A program made the translations under genes and the position numbers. Positions 27,618-37,400 of a stretch of 64,000 nucleotides of DNA are shown here, one piece after another. The notes beneath the pieces were generated by a model. That model had not been told where the DNA came from. It did not search any database and saw nothing but the letters and a program-made list of their open reading frames with translations. The DNA lies in the NCBI GenBank assembly GCA_913031625.1, contig CAJWGB010000001.1, positions 52,533 through 116,532 of the forward strand, read 5' to 3'. Source of the stretch: an uncultured Planctomycetaceae bacterium. Lineage in GTDB: Bacteria > Planctomycetota > Planctomycetia > Planctomycetales > Planctomycetaceae. Within the stretch, counting starts at the first letter, position 1. Each line of letters starts with the position of its first letter.

Positions 27618-28958
27618 TCACTTCCTTTTCTGTCGTGATTCCAGCCATTTGCTGTATTCTGCGTGTGCATAAAAGATCACGTTGGTGCCCAGCTGATAAC
27701 AGGCTTCGTAAATCTCCGGAGCAACACCTGAATGGTCATCGGTCCATGCATCCCCGATGTCACCGGGGTGATAGTAGCAGACGAGTCGTCCGTCCACGCG
27801 CCACCCCAGTGCGTCTTTGCCTCCGTGAGGAGCAACGTAGGGAAGGAACGGTATCTGGAACGGGACGCGGTGAATCTGATCGTCGAGAGGTACACGGCTT
27901 GGCCGAACGTTCGGCAACACGCGTCTCATCATGCCGACAAACTGATTATGAAAGCCGGCGCTGCCGCCGTTGTCACCAAAAATCATACCATGCTTGTCGA
28001 GCAGATACTCCCGCAGAATCCTGACCTCATTGTCGGACAGTGAGATGCTCTTCTGCCCAGTCAGGTAAACCATGGGAGGACTCTTCTCAATTGGGAAGTT
28101 CTTCAGCTGCGCGATTGTTCGCGACTCCGTGCGTTTGGCGACCTTCTGCTGTGTTCGAACCCCGTACTCGATCAGCATGTTGACATCTGCACCGATTCCG
28201 AAGTCCTGGTCCCAGTCACCGCCGGCGTACTCAAGACGAATAAATCGCACCATTCCGGAATTCGTGCCGCCCGCAAATCCGGCCCCTTTGCCTTCGCCGT
28301 AGCCCACTTTGTAGGCATGCTCAGTGATCTCCATCAGCTGCAGCTTCACCTCATCGATGGGTGGGACTTTGAAACTGATGGGACTGAACGAACTGACAAT
28401 GAACTTCTTGCGAATAATCTTCTGAACGCGGACGGTCTGAGCAATCGTCATCTGCTGTCCACCGCCCGCCGGCATCTCATAGGCCTCACTGCAGCCGCCA
28501 ATCCTCGTCAGCAGCAGGAAGAGCAGGAAAAACGTTGCGGTGTACGTGGACAGCATGGCAACCGACTGATTGAGCCGCTGATTCTTTCGACCGTAGTACC
28601 ATGCGCGTGGGTCGAGCGGATGGCTGCCTGGAATGGCTTCATTCTTCGGCTTCGGTCGCCAGACGGGTCGGTCGGGCAGGCCCGCTACCCAGCGGCGCTG
28701 AAAGAAGTGGGCCCCCTTCTCGAGCACCCAGATAACCCAGAGCAGACCTATGATAAAAGCGCCCGAGGTTCCCAGGCGAGCCGCCCATGTCCGCATGACG
28801 GGCCAGTCCACCCAGCCGAAGAGAAACTGACAGACCTGCCAGACGACGAGGAATCCGACTGACAGTGACAGACAAAGACGCACGCCCGGACGTCTCAACT
28901 GGGCCCGGACTTCCTGGCGGCCGTCGGAGACAGTCTGGTTGTGGGCGATCTCGGTCAT
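27618..28958 (-). CDS. Membrane-anchored DUF4159 domain protein
   Basis: Three N-terminal hydrophobic segments, then C-terminal DUF4159-like FIRLEYAGGDWDQD, PMVYLTGQ, YLLDKHGMIFGD and QLGTNVIFYA. Confidence 0.75.
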   Translation of the reverse strand: MTEIAHNQTVSDGRQEVRAQLRRPGVRLCLSLSVGFLVVWQVCQFLFGWVDWPVMRTWAARLGTSGAFIIGLLWVIWVLEKGAHFFQRRWVAGLPDRPVWRPKPKNEAIPGSHPLDPRAWYYGRKNQRLNQSVAMLSTYTATFFLLFLLLTRIGGCSEAYEMPAGGGQQMTIAQTVRVQKIIRKKFIVSSFSPISFKVPPIDEVKLQLMEITEHAYKVGYGEGKGAGFAGGTNSGMVRFIRLEYAGGDWDQDFGIGADVNMLIEYGVRTQQKVAKRTESRTIAQLKNFPIEKSPPMVYLTGQKSISLSDNEVRILREYLLDKHGMIFGDNGGSAGFHNQFVGMMRRVLPNVRPSRVPLDDQIHRVPFQIPFLPYVAPHGGKDALGWRVDGRLVCYYHPGDIGDAWTDDHSGVAPEIYEACYQLGTNVIFYAHAEYSKWLESRQKRK

Positions 28959-29060
28959 CAGTCCTGCCTGGCGCGTCTTTTTACGCCCCTTTCACTATCG
29001 TCCATTTGCCGGCCTGCCTGATGCCGGCCTGTTGTTGATCCACCGTCTGGCGTTACGTCG

Positions 29061-29546
29061 CTATTCGATTCCGTCCAGAAGATTATCCAGTTTGTTGTCC
29101 AGGGGGTTCCTGTCCGGAGGTGCCGTTTCTGTCTTATCAATGCCCATCGCAGCCGCAGCTCGTTCTACGTCTGGTTTGTTCGTATCAGAATCTGACGCAC
29201 TCTGATCGGCCGCAACAGCAGGTTGTTGGTCATTCTGGTTCTCTTCTGTGGGCTGATCATTCTGAGCAGTCTGCTCTGCCTGCTGTTCATCGGCCAATGC
29301 CCAGGGGCCGATCGTGAAGGCACAGAGCAGAATCAGTGTTCCAGCCGTTGCGATTGAAATGCCCCGCACAAGACTGCTCTGTGCGACGATCCCCATCACC
29401 TCCTGTGGACTCCGGCCCTTGAGCCGGCCGAGGAACTCGCGCAGTTCTCCAACAGATGCGGTCGTGTTCTCCCGCAGCGACTGGTAATCCTGCATCGCCC
29501 CGGCGGAGGGCTGCTGACTTTCGAAATGGTCTTTGGAACTATCCAT
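29061..29546 (-). CDS. Single-pass membrane hypothetical protein with Gln/Asp-rich linker
   Basis: SD GAGGA before ATG 29546, TM GISIATAGTLILLCAFTIGPW, low-complexity EQQAEQTAQNDQ linker, and C-terminal NPLDNKLDNLLDGIE. Confidence 0.75.
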   Translation of the reverse strand: MDSSKDHFESQQPSAGAMQDYQSLRENTTASVGELREFLGRLKGRSPQEVMGIVAQSSLVRGISIATAGTLILLCAFTIGPWALADEQQAEQTAQNDQPTEENQNDQQPAVAADQSASDSDTNKPDVERAAAAMGIDKTETAPPDRNPLDNKLDNLLDGIE

Positions 29547-29556
29547 TTGTCCGTCC

Positions 29557-29964
29557 TCAGTTCTTTTCTTCTTCCACGATATGAACCAGTTTGCCACCGG
29601 CTTCACTAACTGCCTCAATGACCGGCTCAAATCGCTGAGCCAGAGTCTCCTGATGAACTTTCAACAACACCGTTCGTTCATCCTCCGAAGGGTTCTCCGG
29701 AATCAAATCTTCGATCAGATTCGAAAGCTCCGAGATCCCAACCTGCTGTCCATTGAGATACAGCTTGCTGTCTTTATCAATCAGGACGCTGATCACAGAG
29801 TGTCCAGCTGTCTGCAGGTTCTCTACTCGGGAGGGCGTCCACTGCAGGTGGCTATCGTCATTTGCGCGGGCCAGAATAACGAAGAAGATGAGCAGGTTAA
29901 ACGCAATATCCCCCATCGCCATGCTGGGCACCTGAGCTCTGGTTTTGCGTCTGAGTGTTTTCAT
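29557..29964 (-). CDS. exbD: ExbD/TolR family biopolymer transport protein
   Basis: TM segment MGDIAFNLLIFFVI with the conserved Asp, then periplasmic ISVLIDKDSKLYLNG and VIEAVSEAGG. Confidence 0.85.
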   Translation of the reverse strand: MKTLRRKTRAQVPSMAMGDIAFNLLIFFVILARANDDSHLQWTPSRVENLQTAGHSVISVLIDKDSKLYLNGQQVGISELSNLIEDLIPENPSEDERTVLLKVHQETLAQRFEPVIEAVSEAGGKLVHIVEEEKN

Positions 29965-30015
29965 GATTCTCGATTGTCACGGGCTCGCGGAATGTCCTGC
30001 GAAATCCACGACTGT

Positions 30016-30444
30016 CTAGGGGACCTGTACTTCTCGTTCTTCTTCCAGCTGGAGTGTCACCACCCCCCCGGCATCCTCGATGACCGACGTGATGTGGATC
30101 CAGTGATGATAGGGAGTGTCCTTGTCGCTCTTGACGACGACAATTCTGTCTTCCGGTTTGCTGCGACCTGACAACAGTGACTTCAATCGCTTTGGCAACT
30201 GTGACCACTGTGACTCGGGCAGAGCTTCACCGTTCAACAGTACGGCTGTCCGCTTCATCGCCACTTCAATGTTGTCCTGCTGTTGATTTTCTTCCACAGT
30301 CTCCGCACTGGGCAGCGTTTGAGGCCGACCGGAGTCCGGCTGAATGGAAGCACAGACCAGGAAGAAAACGATCAGATTGAATGCGATGTCGCCCGTTGCA
30401 TGCGAAGGAGGCTCAACGAGAACTCGCGTTCGGCGTCCCCGCAT
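30016..30444 (-). CDS. exbD: ExbD/TolR family biopolymer transport protein
   Basis: TM segment TGDIAFNLIVFFLV with the conserved Asp, then VVVKSDKDTPY and VIEDAGG. Confidence 0.85.
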   Translation of the reverse strand: MRGRRTRVLVEPPSHATGDIAFNLIVFFLVCASIQPDSGRPQTLPSAETVEENQQQDNIEVAMKRTAVLLNGEALPESQWSQLPKRLKSLLSGRSKPEDRIVVVKSDKDTPYHHWIHITSVIEDAGGVVTLQLEEEREVQVP

Positions 30445-30446
30445 AG

Positions 30447-31358
30447 TCAGGCTCCCGCCTCAGCGTCCATGGGACCACTTTCCAGAGCCGTCTGAATCGT
30501 GACGCCCTCCACCAGTTCAGTCGCACTTTCTTCCACGTCCAGTACAAAGCGATCGATGATGCTCGTAAAATAGTTAAACGCCATGAAGGCCGGGATCCCA
30601 ATGATCAGGCCGAATGCTGTTGTCAGCAGAGATACTTTGATACCGCCCGCGGCCAGCTTGACGATGTTTTCATTACCGAAGTTGGTGTCGATGTTATCGA
30701 ACGAGACAATCATCCCGGCGACCGTTCCAAGGAACCCAAGCATTGGTGCCACACTGGCAATCGTTGCCAGAATCGGCAGATGGCGTTCAAGGGCCGCCAC
30801 AACATGGACGTTGTAGTCGTCCATCGCTTTGACCACCTGTTCACGAATGCGATCGACATCGTAATTCAGTCGTCGGAGCACAAAGAATTTTCGCAGGCCG
30901 GAGCTGAGGATCGCCGGTACGGGGCCTTCTTCCCGATCACACAGCTGCAGTGCATCTTCAACTTTGTCCTGGATCAGCAGGTCATGAACCTCCTGGCGGA
31001 TCTGAGAACTGTCGGTCGCGACCATCTTCAGGCTGCGATACCGTTCGATAATCACGCCTGCGCCAACTATTCCGAGAATCAAAATGGGCCACATGAAGAT
31101 TCCGCCTTCGATCAGCAGGCCAAGTGCGCCGGAATGCAGGATCTCATCAAGGACACCACCTCCGAGCGACTCGTCTTCGGCAGCAGGAGGTGGCGACTCT
31201 GGCTCAGTCTCTGAGTTTTCACCCTGGTCGTTCTGCTCGGCCCCGTCGTTGTTCTCCGACTGCTCCGGGCTCGGTTCATTGGAATCCGATGTTTCGTCCT
31301 GAGCAATGACGGGTAACGCCAGGACCAGTAAGAGAGGAATAAGTAACAACGTCTTCAT
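30447..31358 (-). CDS. exbB: MotA/TolQ/ExbB proton channel family protein
   Basis: LATIASVAPMLGFLGTVAGMIVSF and GIKVSLLTTAFGLIIGIP, preceded by a signal-like start and acidic extension. Confidence 0.92.
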   Translation of the reverse strand: MKTLLLIPLLLVLALPVIAQDETSDSNEPSPEQSENNDGAEQNDQGENSETEPESPPPAAEDESLGGGVLDEILHSGALGLLIEGGIFMWPILILGIVGAGVIIERYRSLKMVATDSSQIRQEVHDLLIQDKVEDALQLCDREEGPVPAILSSGLRKFFVLRRLNYDVDRIREQVVKAMDDYNVHVVAALERHLPILATIASVAPMLGFLGTVAGMIVSFDNIDTNFGNENIVKLAAGGIKVSLLTTAFGLIIGIPAFMAFNYFTSIIDRFVLDVEESATELVEGVTIQTALESGPMDAEAGA

Positions 31359-31416
31359 ATGATTGCGATCTATCGTAACCTGCGGACCTCTGGTGGCCGG
31401 GTCAATTCATGAGTGT

Positions 31417-34400
31417 CTACTGGTCTTCCACGGACCGGGCTTCTGCTTCGAACTGCTGCAGCATCTCCGGCAGTGCAAGACGTCCACGTGAGTAGCGAGC
31501 GGATTCGCTTTCAGGGAAGTCCCAGCGACAGCGGTTGTACCGGCGGAATGCTTCGCGGTCATCCTTCGCCATGCGATAGCTTTCGCCGGACCAGAACAGA
31601 GCATCTGCTGCGAGGTCGTCCTCAGGGAACAGTTTTGAGAACCGGTCGAATGCCAGCCCCGCATCTTTGAACTCTTCGGCCTTGTAGGAACACTGACCAA
31701 TTCGGAATGCGATCCGGGCTGCATGCTGGTGCCCCTCAAATCGTTCAAGGAACTTCTCACCGACCTGTGCTGCGATGTCGTACTCTTCTGCTTTATAGAA
31801 GTGGTCGCAGATGCGAATCATGACGCTCGCGATCAGCGGGCTCCGAGGATAGGTGGCTGCCAGCGTAACGTAGGCTTCCAGTGCTTCATCGAAGTCGCCG
31901 GACTCTTCGTAGCTTTGAGCCAGCTTATACTGAGCGTCCGCTGCCAGTGGGTGATCCGGGAACTGTCTAACAATCATCTCGTACGAATCGATGGCCTCCG
32001 GGTAACTCGCCAGCTCCTGAGCAAACTGTCCCAGTAGATACGACACTCGAGGAACGTATTTCGGATCCGGGTAGTCCTCCATCACCTCACGCAGGATGCG
32101 TCGACCGGCATCAAGGTCGACTCGTTCTTCTTCGCTGCGACCCAGTTCACGGTGACTCTTGAACAGCTCAAAATAGCTTTCCGCGATATGGAACCTTGTT
32201 TCTACCGCCAGCTTTTCGTTGTTGAACGTCTTGCTGAATGCAGCCACAAGGCCATCTGTTCCAATGACAACCGGGATGTCTTCGCTGAGTTCCAGCGTAC
32301 CGCTTTCGGAACTTGCCGCAGAATCCACGTACGCCACGTGCAGGGTGTCACCAAAGTAACATTCGATTTCCGGTTCCCCGGGCTGCAGGTTGCCGGCAGT
32401 AGGTTCTTCACTGGACTTCAATGCGAACGAGCCGGTAAAGACGCCACTGTGAACCAGAGTCTCTACAAGTGTGACGGTTTCTTTCTCACCGAACTCAGTT
32501 GTCACGATCAGGTCGACGCTGTCGCGTTCGTCGGACGAATCCTGATCCGCATCGGTCACGACGAGATAGAGTTTCTCACCAACGTGCAGCTGAGTGATCG
32601 GTTTGTCGTAGTCTCGATCGGTACATGCCAGGACGCCGTTGGATATCAGCCGGCCTGCATCATCAACCGGTTGAGGTTTGTCATCAGTGCGGACCTCATC
32701 CAGGTAACTCGCAAGGATCTCGTCCCTGCCAGTTACGTTCAATACGCGAGTGACAAGACTGTCGTCCAGCATGACGCCTTCCTCTTCGTCTTCCATCACG
32801 CCTCCGCCGATGAGCCCGCGCGGCATGTCCGGAGTGACAGGAACAATCTCCGGGCTGGTCTTGCTTCCCAGCTGAAGAACGACCTGACCGATAAATCGAC
32901 CTTCCTCCAGTGCCCAGTCCGACGCACCCGAATTAGGCACATCCGAAAACGCGCCCGAAATCACACACCGCACATCAGCCGTGGCACCATCACTGGTTGT
33001 CACAGAAACGACGACTTCACTAAGGCTGTCTTTGGCTGCATCCGGGTCAATGACCTCCACTGTCAGGGGCGCCTCAAACGCGACGCTGCTGACGTCCGCT
33101 TCTTCAGGACGCTCATGATAGGTCACTCGAACAGGACCGTTTCGTCCTTCCGAAACAGGGATCGCGCGAGACTCCAGAAACTGAACTTTCGCATCCGTAG
33201 GCTCGTTCACGTAGACGACGTCTTCGCGAGGGACCGAGTGCCCCGGAAACGTGTTCTGCTCATCGTAATAGCGGAGATAGATGCGATCACCGCGTTTTAC
33301 GGTGAGCTTACCCTCTTCGACCTTCGCGGAAGTATCGACCTCTTTGGTGAAGATGCCGGAGTACTCTTCCGTTTCAGTGGCAGCAAACTGAATGGGCTCG
33401 CCATCGTTGACGCTGACTTCAAACAGCACCTGATCGGGCGAGGATGTCTGGTCGCGGTCGTAGTCCACAATCTCAACGATCAGTCGTTCCCCTGGATCGA
33501 CTCGCTTCAGGCGTTTGCGAACATTGTTGACAGCCCCATTGCCACCACGCACAAAGGTGTAGGCAATCGGACTGACTTGTGCATCGAAGTAGGTCGCCTG
33601 AAGTCGGTCCGTCAGCAGCCGACTGCCTCCCGAATTCGCCTGCGTGACTTCGTCGGTGTAAGTCGCGTTAACGATGTCTCCGCCGGCAATTTCAAGAACA
33701 TCGTTCTGAGAGAGTGCCAGTACATCGGCTTCCGTTGGAATGTAAGGCTTCTCAATGTCGTCGCCGGAGATCTCCACATGGCTGACTGCCACGGCTTCTC
33801 CAAGATACTCTTCGATCAGGAATCGCGTGTAACGAACGTTGACGGGCTCAAAACGGAATTCCCATGCGTCTTCCGTGACAACCGTGCGACTGCCCTGGGC
33901 CGGTCGCAATTCGACGCCGGCAAGGCCCATCAGGCCGCCGCCGACAATCTCATCGGGCTGAATTCCAATCTGGAGTTCGCCATCGCTGTCCACAATGACT
34001 GTGCCCACGCGATCCTCCTGAAACTTCTGCCAACTGCCCGTGTTCGTCACTGTGCCTTCGAGAGTGCTTTCGCCGACGCTGAGTGTAAAGCCTGAACCTC
34101 CGCCGCCTCCGTGAGACCAGTTGAACCAAACGTCATAGACACCTGCCGGGACGTTTGAGGTCCATGTGGCGCGGTCCTCAAGGTCCTGCCATGAACCAAG
34201 AACCTGCATTTCACCCTGTTCCGTTACCCCGAACTGTTCTGTCTTCTTCTGGAGTTCCACATCTGCGAGTTGCAGTGTTACAGCCGGCGCAGCTGCCGCA
34301 GCCTCATCAAGTTCGATTTGTGCCGCGGGCTGCGTGAGATCAAAGTCTGAGGACAGGAAGGGGCTCAGTGCGATTCGCTGCTGATTCAGGTCAGACCGAG

Positions 34401-37400
34401 CACGACTGACAGCAAGTCGGTTCGTGTTCGGGTGGGCTGACGCAAAGAAAGTCAGGTCGTGCACGCCCTGTTCCAGCCAGACATCAACCGTCTGATTTCC
34501 CTGAATGACACTACGTTCCAGTTGACCATTGATGGCAATCGCCGTCCGGTAACCCTGAATCGAAAACCGGACAGCACCCGGTCGCGGCTGCACAAATTTT
34601 CCGTACCAAATCATGGTCACGTAACGAGGAGCATCCTCTTTGTCTTCCGGCCGAACCCACTCAAGGTGTCCGTCTTCAACTGCACCGGACTCCATGGGCT
34701 CCCCGGCAGCGAGGCTTAATACCTGCTGCCATGTCGTGTAGGACGTTGTGTTGGAATCATACAGCCGGTACGACATCTGCCCGTAGTCTTCTGCCACCGG
34801 CAGTGCTTCCGGAACGGCCGGGTGTCCGGCAACGCGATACCAGAATTCTCCGTCGTAGCTGGCCTGCAGTGCGGCTCGTACAGGCCGATTTTCGAGCTCT
34901 TCCGGAACGCTGAATTTCGCTCGCGAAATGGACCGCAGGTCCTTCATGTCCACGGTGAGAGATTTGGGGGTTGCTCCGTCCGGTTCACTTTGCCAGTACG
35001 AATTCGGATCCTTGTCGATCGCCATCAGTGGGCTGTGATCGATGGCCGTATCGCTCGCCAGAGCCCCGGCAGGAAGCTCGCCGCTCTTTGCCGTGCCCTC
35101 AAAGATGCCGGAATGTGGATCTGTCTCCGTCAAACTGACCTGAACCTGGTCCCCACTGTCAGCAACCAGTTTGGCCACGATGGTGTCGCGCTCGTCACCC
35201 AGATCCCGGTCTGCATCCTTCACACGAAGGTAGATTGGGTTGCCAGGCTTGATTTGATTCGACGGTCGACGGTCTGCCTGCCTCTGAGACGCCTGTTCAC
35301 GCTCCCGTGCTTCACGCTCCAGTCGCTCACTAAACGTCTCTTCTTTCTCATCAATAATTAAGCTGCTGGCGATCTTGAACTCGGCATCGGCTGCGATCCG
35401 AATCTCAACGTCCGAAAGCGGAACGCTTTTGAATTCCGACTTGAACTTTTCCGGATAGTCGCAGCGAATGACATCATTCCCCGTCAGCTGCAGGATTCCG
35501 TCTCCCTTTGCGACTGGTCCCAGCAGCGTATCGACGTCTGCCCGGAAGACGCCTTTGCCAGCGCCGCCGCTGCTCAGGTAAATCAACTCTTCGTCATTCC
35601 CCGGTTCCGTTCGTACGATCACAGGCACGCGGTTGTGTCCGCGACTGATTCCAAGGTCGCTGTCCTGCACCACAATGGACAGCGGCAGGCCGGGTGCGTG
35701 TTGCCGTTTGCTGACGCGACCGAGTCGCCCAACAGTCATCAGCAGCTGCAGCTGATCCATATAGCGTTCTTCGTCACCGTAAACCTCTGACAGGCTGAAG
35801 AGAGCTTTGTTGGCGAGGTCAATGCTGGGGACTCGTTCCAGAACATTGCGAAAGATCTTTCGTGCTTCATCGTTGTCACCACGACGGTGAGACAGGACCC
35901 CACGCAGAAACTCGGCTCGAACAATAATTTCCGGATCGCGACTGTTGGCCAGCTTTTCAAAGACGGTTTCTGCCTGGTCGTAGACCTTCTGGGCCATGTA
36001 CGTCTCACCGATGCCAAACTCTGCTTCCACAGCGAAAGGTGACTCGGAGTACCGATTCATGACAGTCGTGTATTCACTTCGAGCAACGTCAAACCGCTTT
36101 GCGCTGTAGAAGTTCTTTGCGAGCAGGAACTGGATTTCCGCTTTGGTCGCATCCTGAATGGACTCTGATTCACTGTTCTTGATGATCCATGTTCGCAGCG
36201 TGTCTTCTACCTTGTTGTGATTCTCGTCGCCGCCGGCTGCCATCAGGTTGTCACAGACAAAGATCAGCAGGTCGACCGGGACTTCCAGTCGGTGCTGGTC
36301 GAAGAGGTCCTTGTTAGCCAGCCACGTTTCCAGGGCCAGGTTCTCATCCCCCAGTCGCAGATATAGCGCTGCTCGCAACAGTGGAGCGATCGGGCTGGAT
36401 TCGTCGATCGTCAGGCCGACTGTGCCAAGGCGTGTGTAACACTGACCAATCATGGCCCGGCCCTGTTCTTTCCGGGACTCGGTGGCAGCTGAGATGTTCT
36501 CGAGCATGCCGGTCAGCAAAGTGGCTGCGATGCTGTAGTCTTCTCGGGTAATTGCTCTCTGAGCAAATGGCACCAGCTGATCCCAGCGGTGTGAGTCGGG
36601 CGCAACTTTGCGAGTGACTCGTTGCCATGCCAGAGCCCGCTCCATCGGCTTTTGCCCTTCCAGCTCTTCCAGGAGCATGAGCTCACCCTGTGCAGACGGC
36701 CAGTCGACCTGCATGTCACGAATAACAGTTGCCACACGCGCGATATCTGCGGGCGTGTTCTCTTCCTCCGGTTTGGCCCGATAGGCCTCGTTGCTGGTGC
36801 GGAAGCTATAGAGCATATTGCTGAGGCTGGTTGGGTCAGCATCCCATGTTTCGAATGGGCGATCATCGGCACGCTTCCGACTCTCTCTCAGAGTCTTTTC
36901 GAACTGATCAAGGTTGCCGGCTCGCAGCTGACTGTCGGCCAGCCACATGGCGTAGCGACCGTGGTTGGGTGTCGATCCGGCAAAGAACTTCTGAGCAAAG
37001 GCTGCTCGCCGGGCTGGATCCTCCAGTTGCTGAAATAGCTGACTGGCTGAGTCGCGTGCCTCGGTGAGATTTTGTTTCTGTTCCGATGTTTCCTTCCAGA
37101 TGGCAACCGCTTCGTCGTGTTGTTTCAGTTTCTCAAACAGATTCCCGACACCTGTCATCCCCTGATATTCCTTCCCATGCAGTTGATGGGACTTTCGAAT
37201 GTAGGCAACAGCACGACGGACAAGGTCTGCGTCTTCGTTTCGATCAGCGACTGACAACAGACGTCGCCAGACGTCCTGGTTATTAGTCGGCGGATCGACG
37301 GACATCATTGTGAGAGCCGCCTCTTTCGCGACTTCCGGCGGCGAATAGTCGGAAGCGGCCTGAAGATAGCGATACCGATATTCGAAGTTCTCGGGATACA

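Noticed and set aside
32152-34095. 647-aa plus-strand ORF, and other long shadow ORFs such as 746..1495, 2994..3767, 26247..26840, 26254..26961 and 39477..40415
   Set aside because: They lie antisense to or overlap well-supported genes, show no family motifs, and are expected from codon bias in long GC-rich genes.
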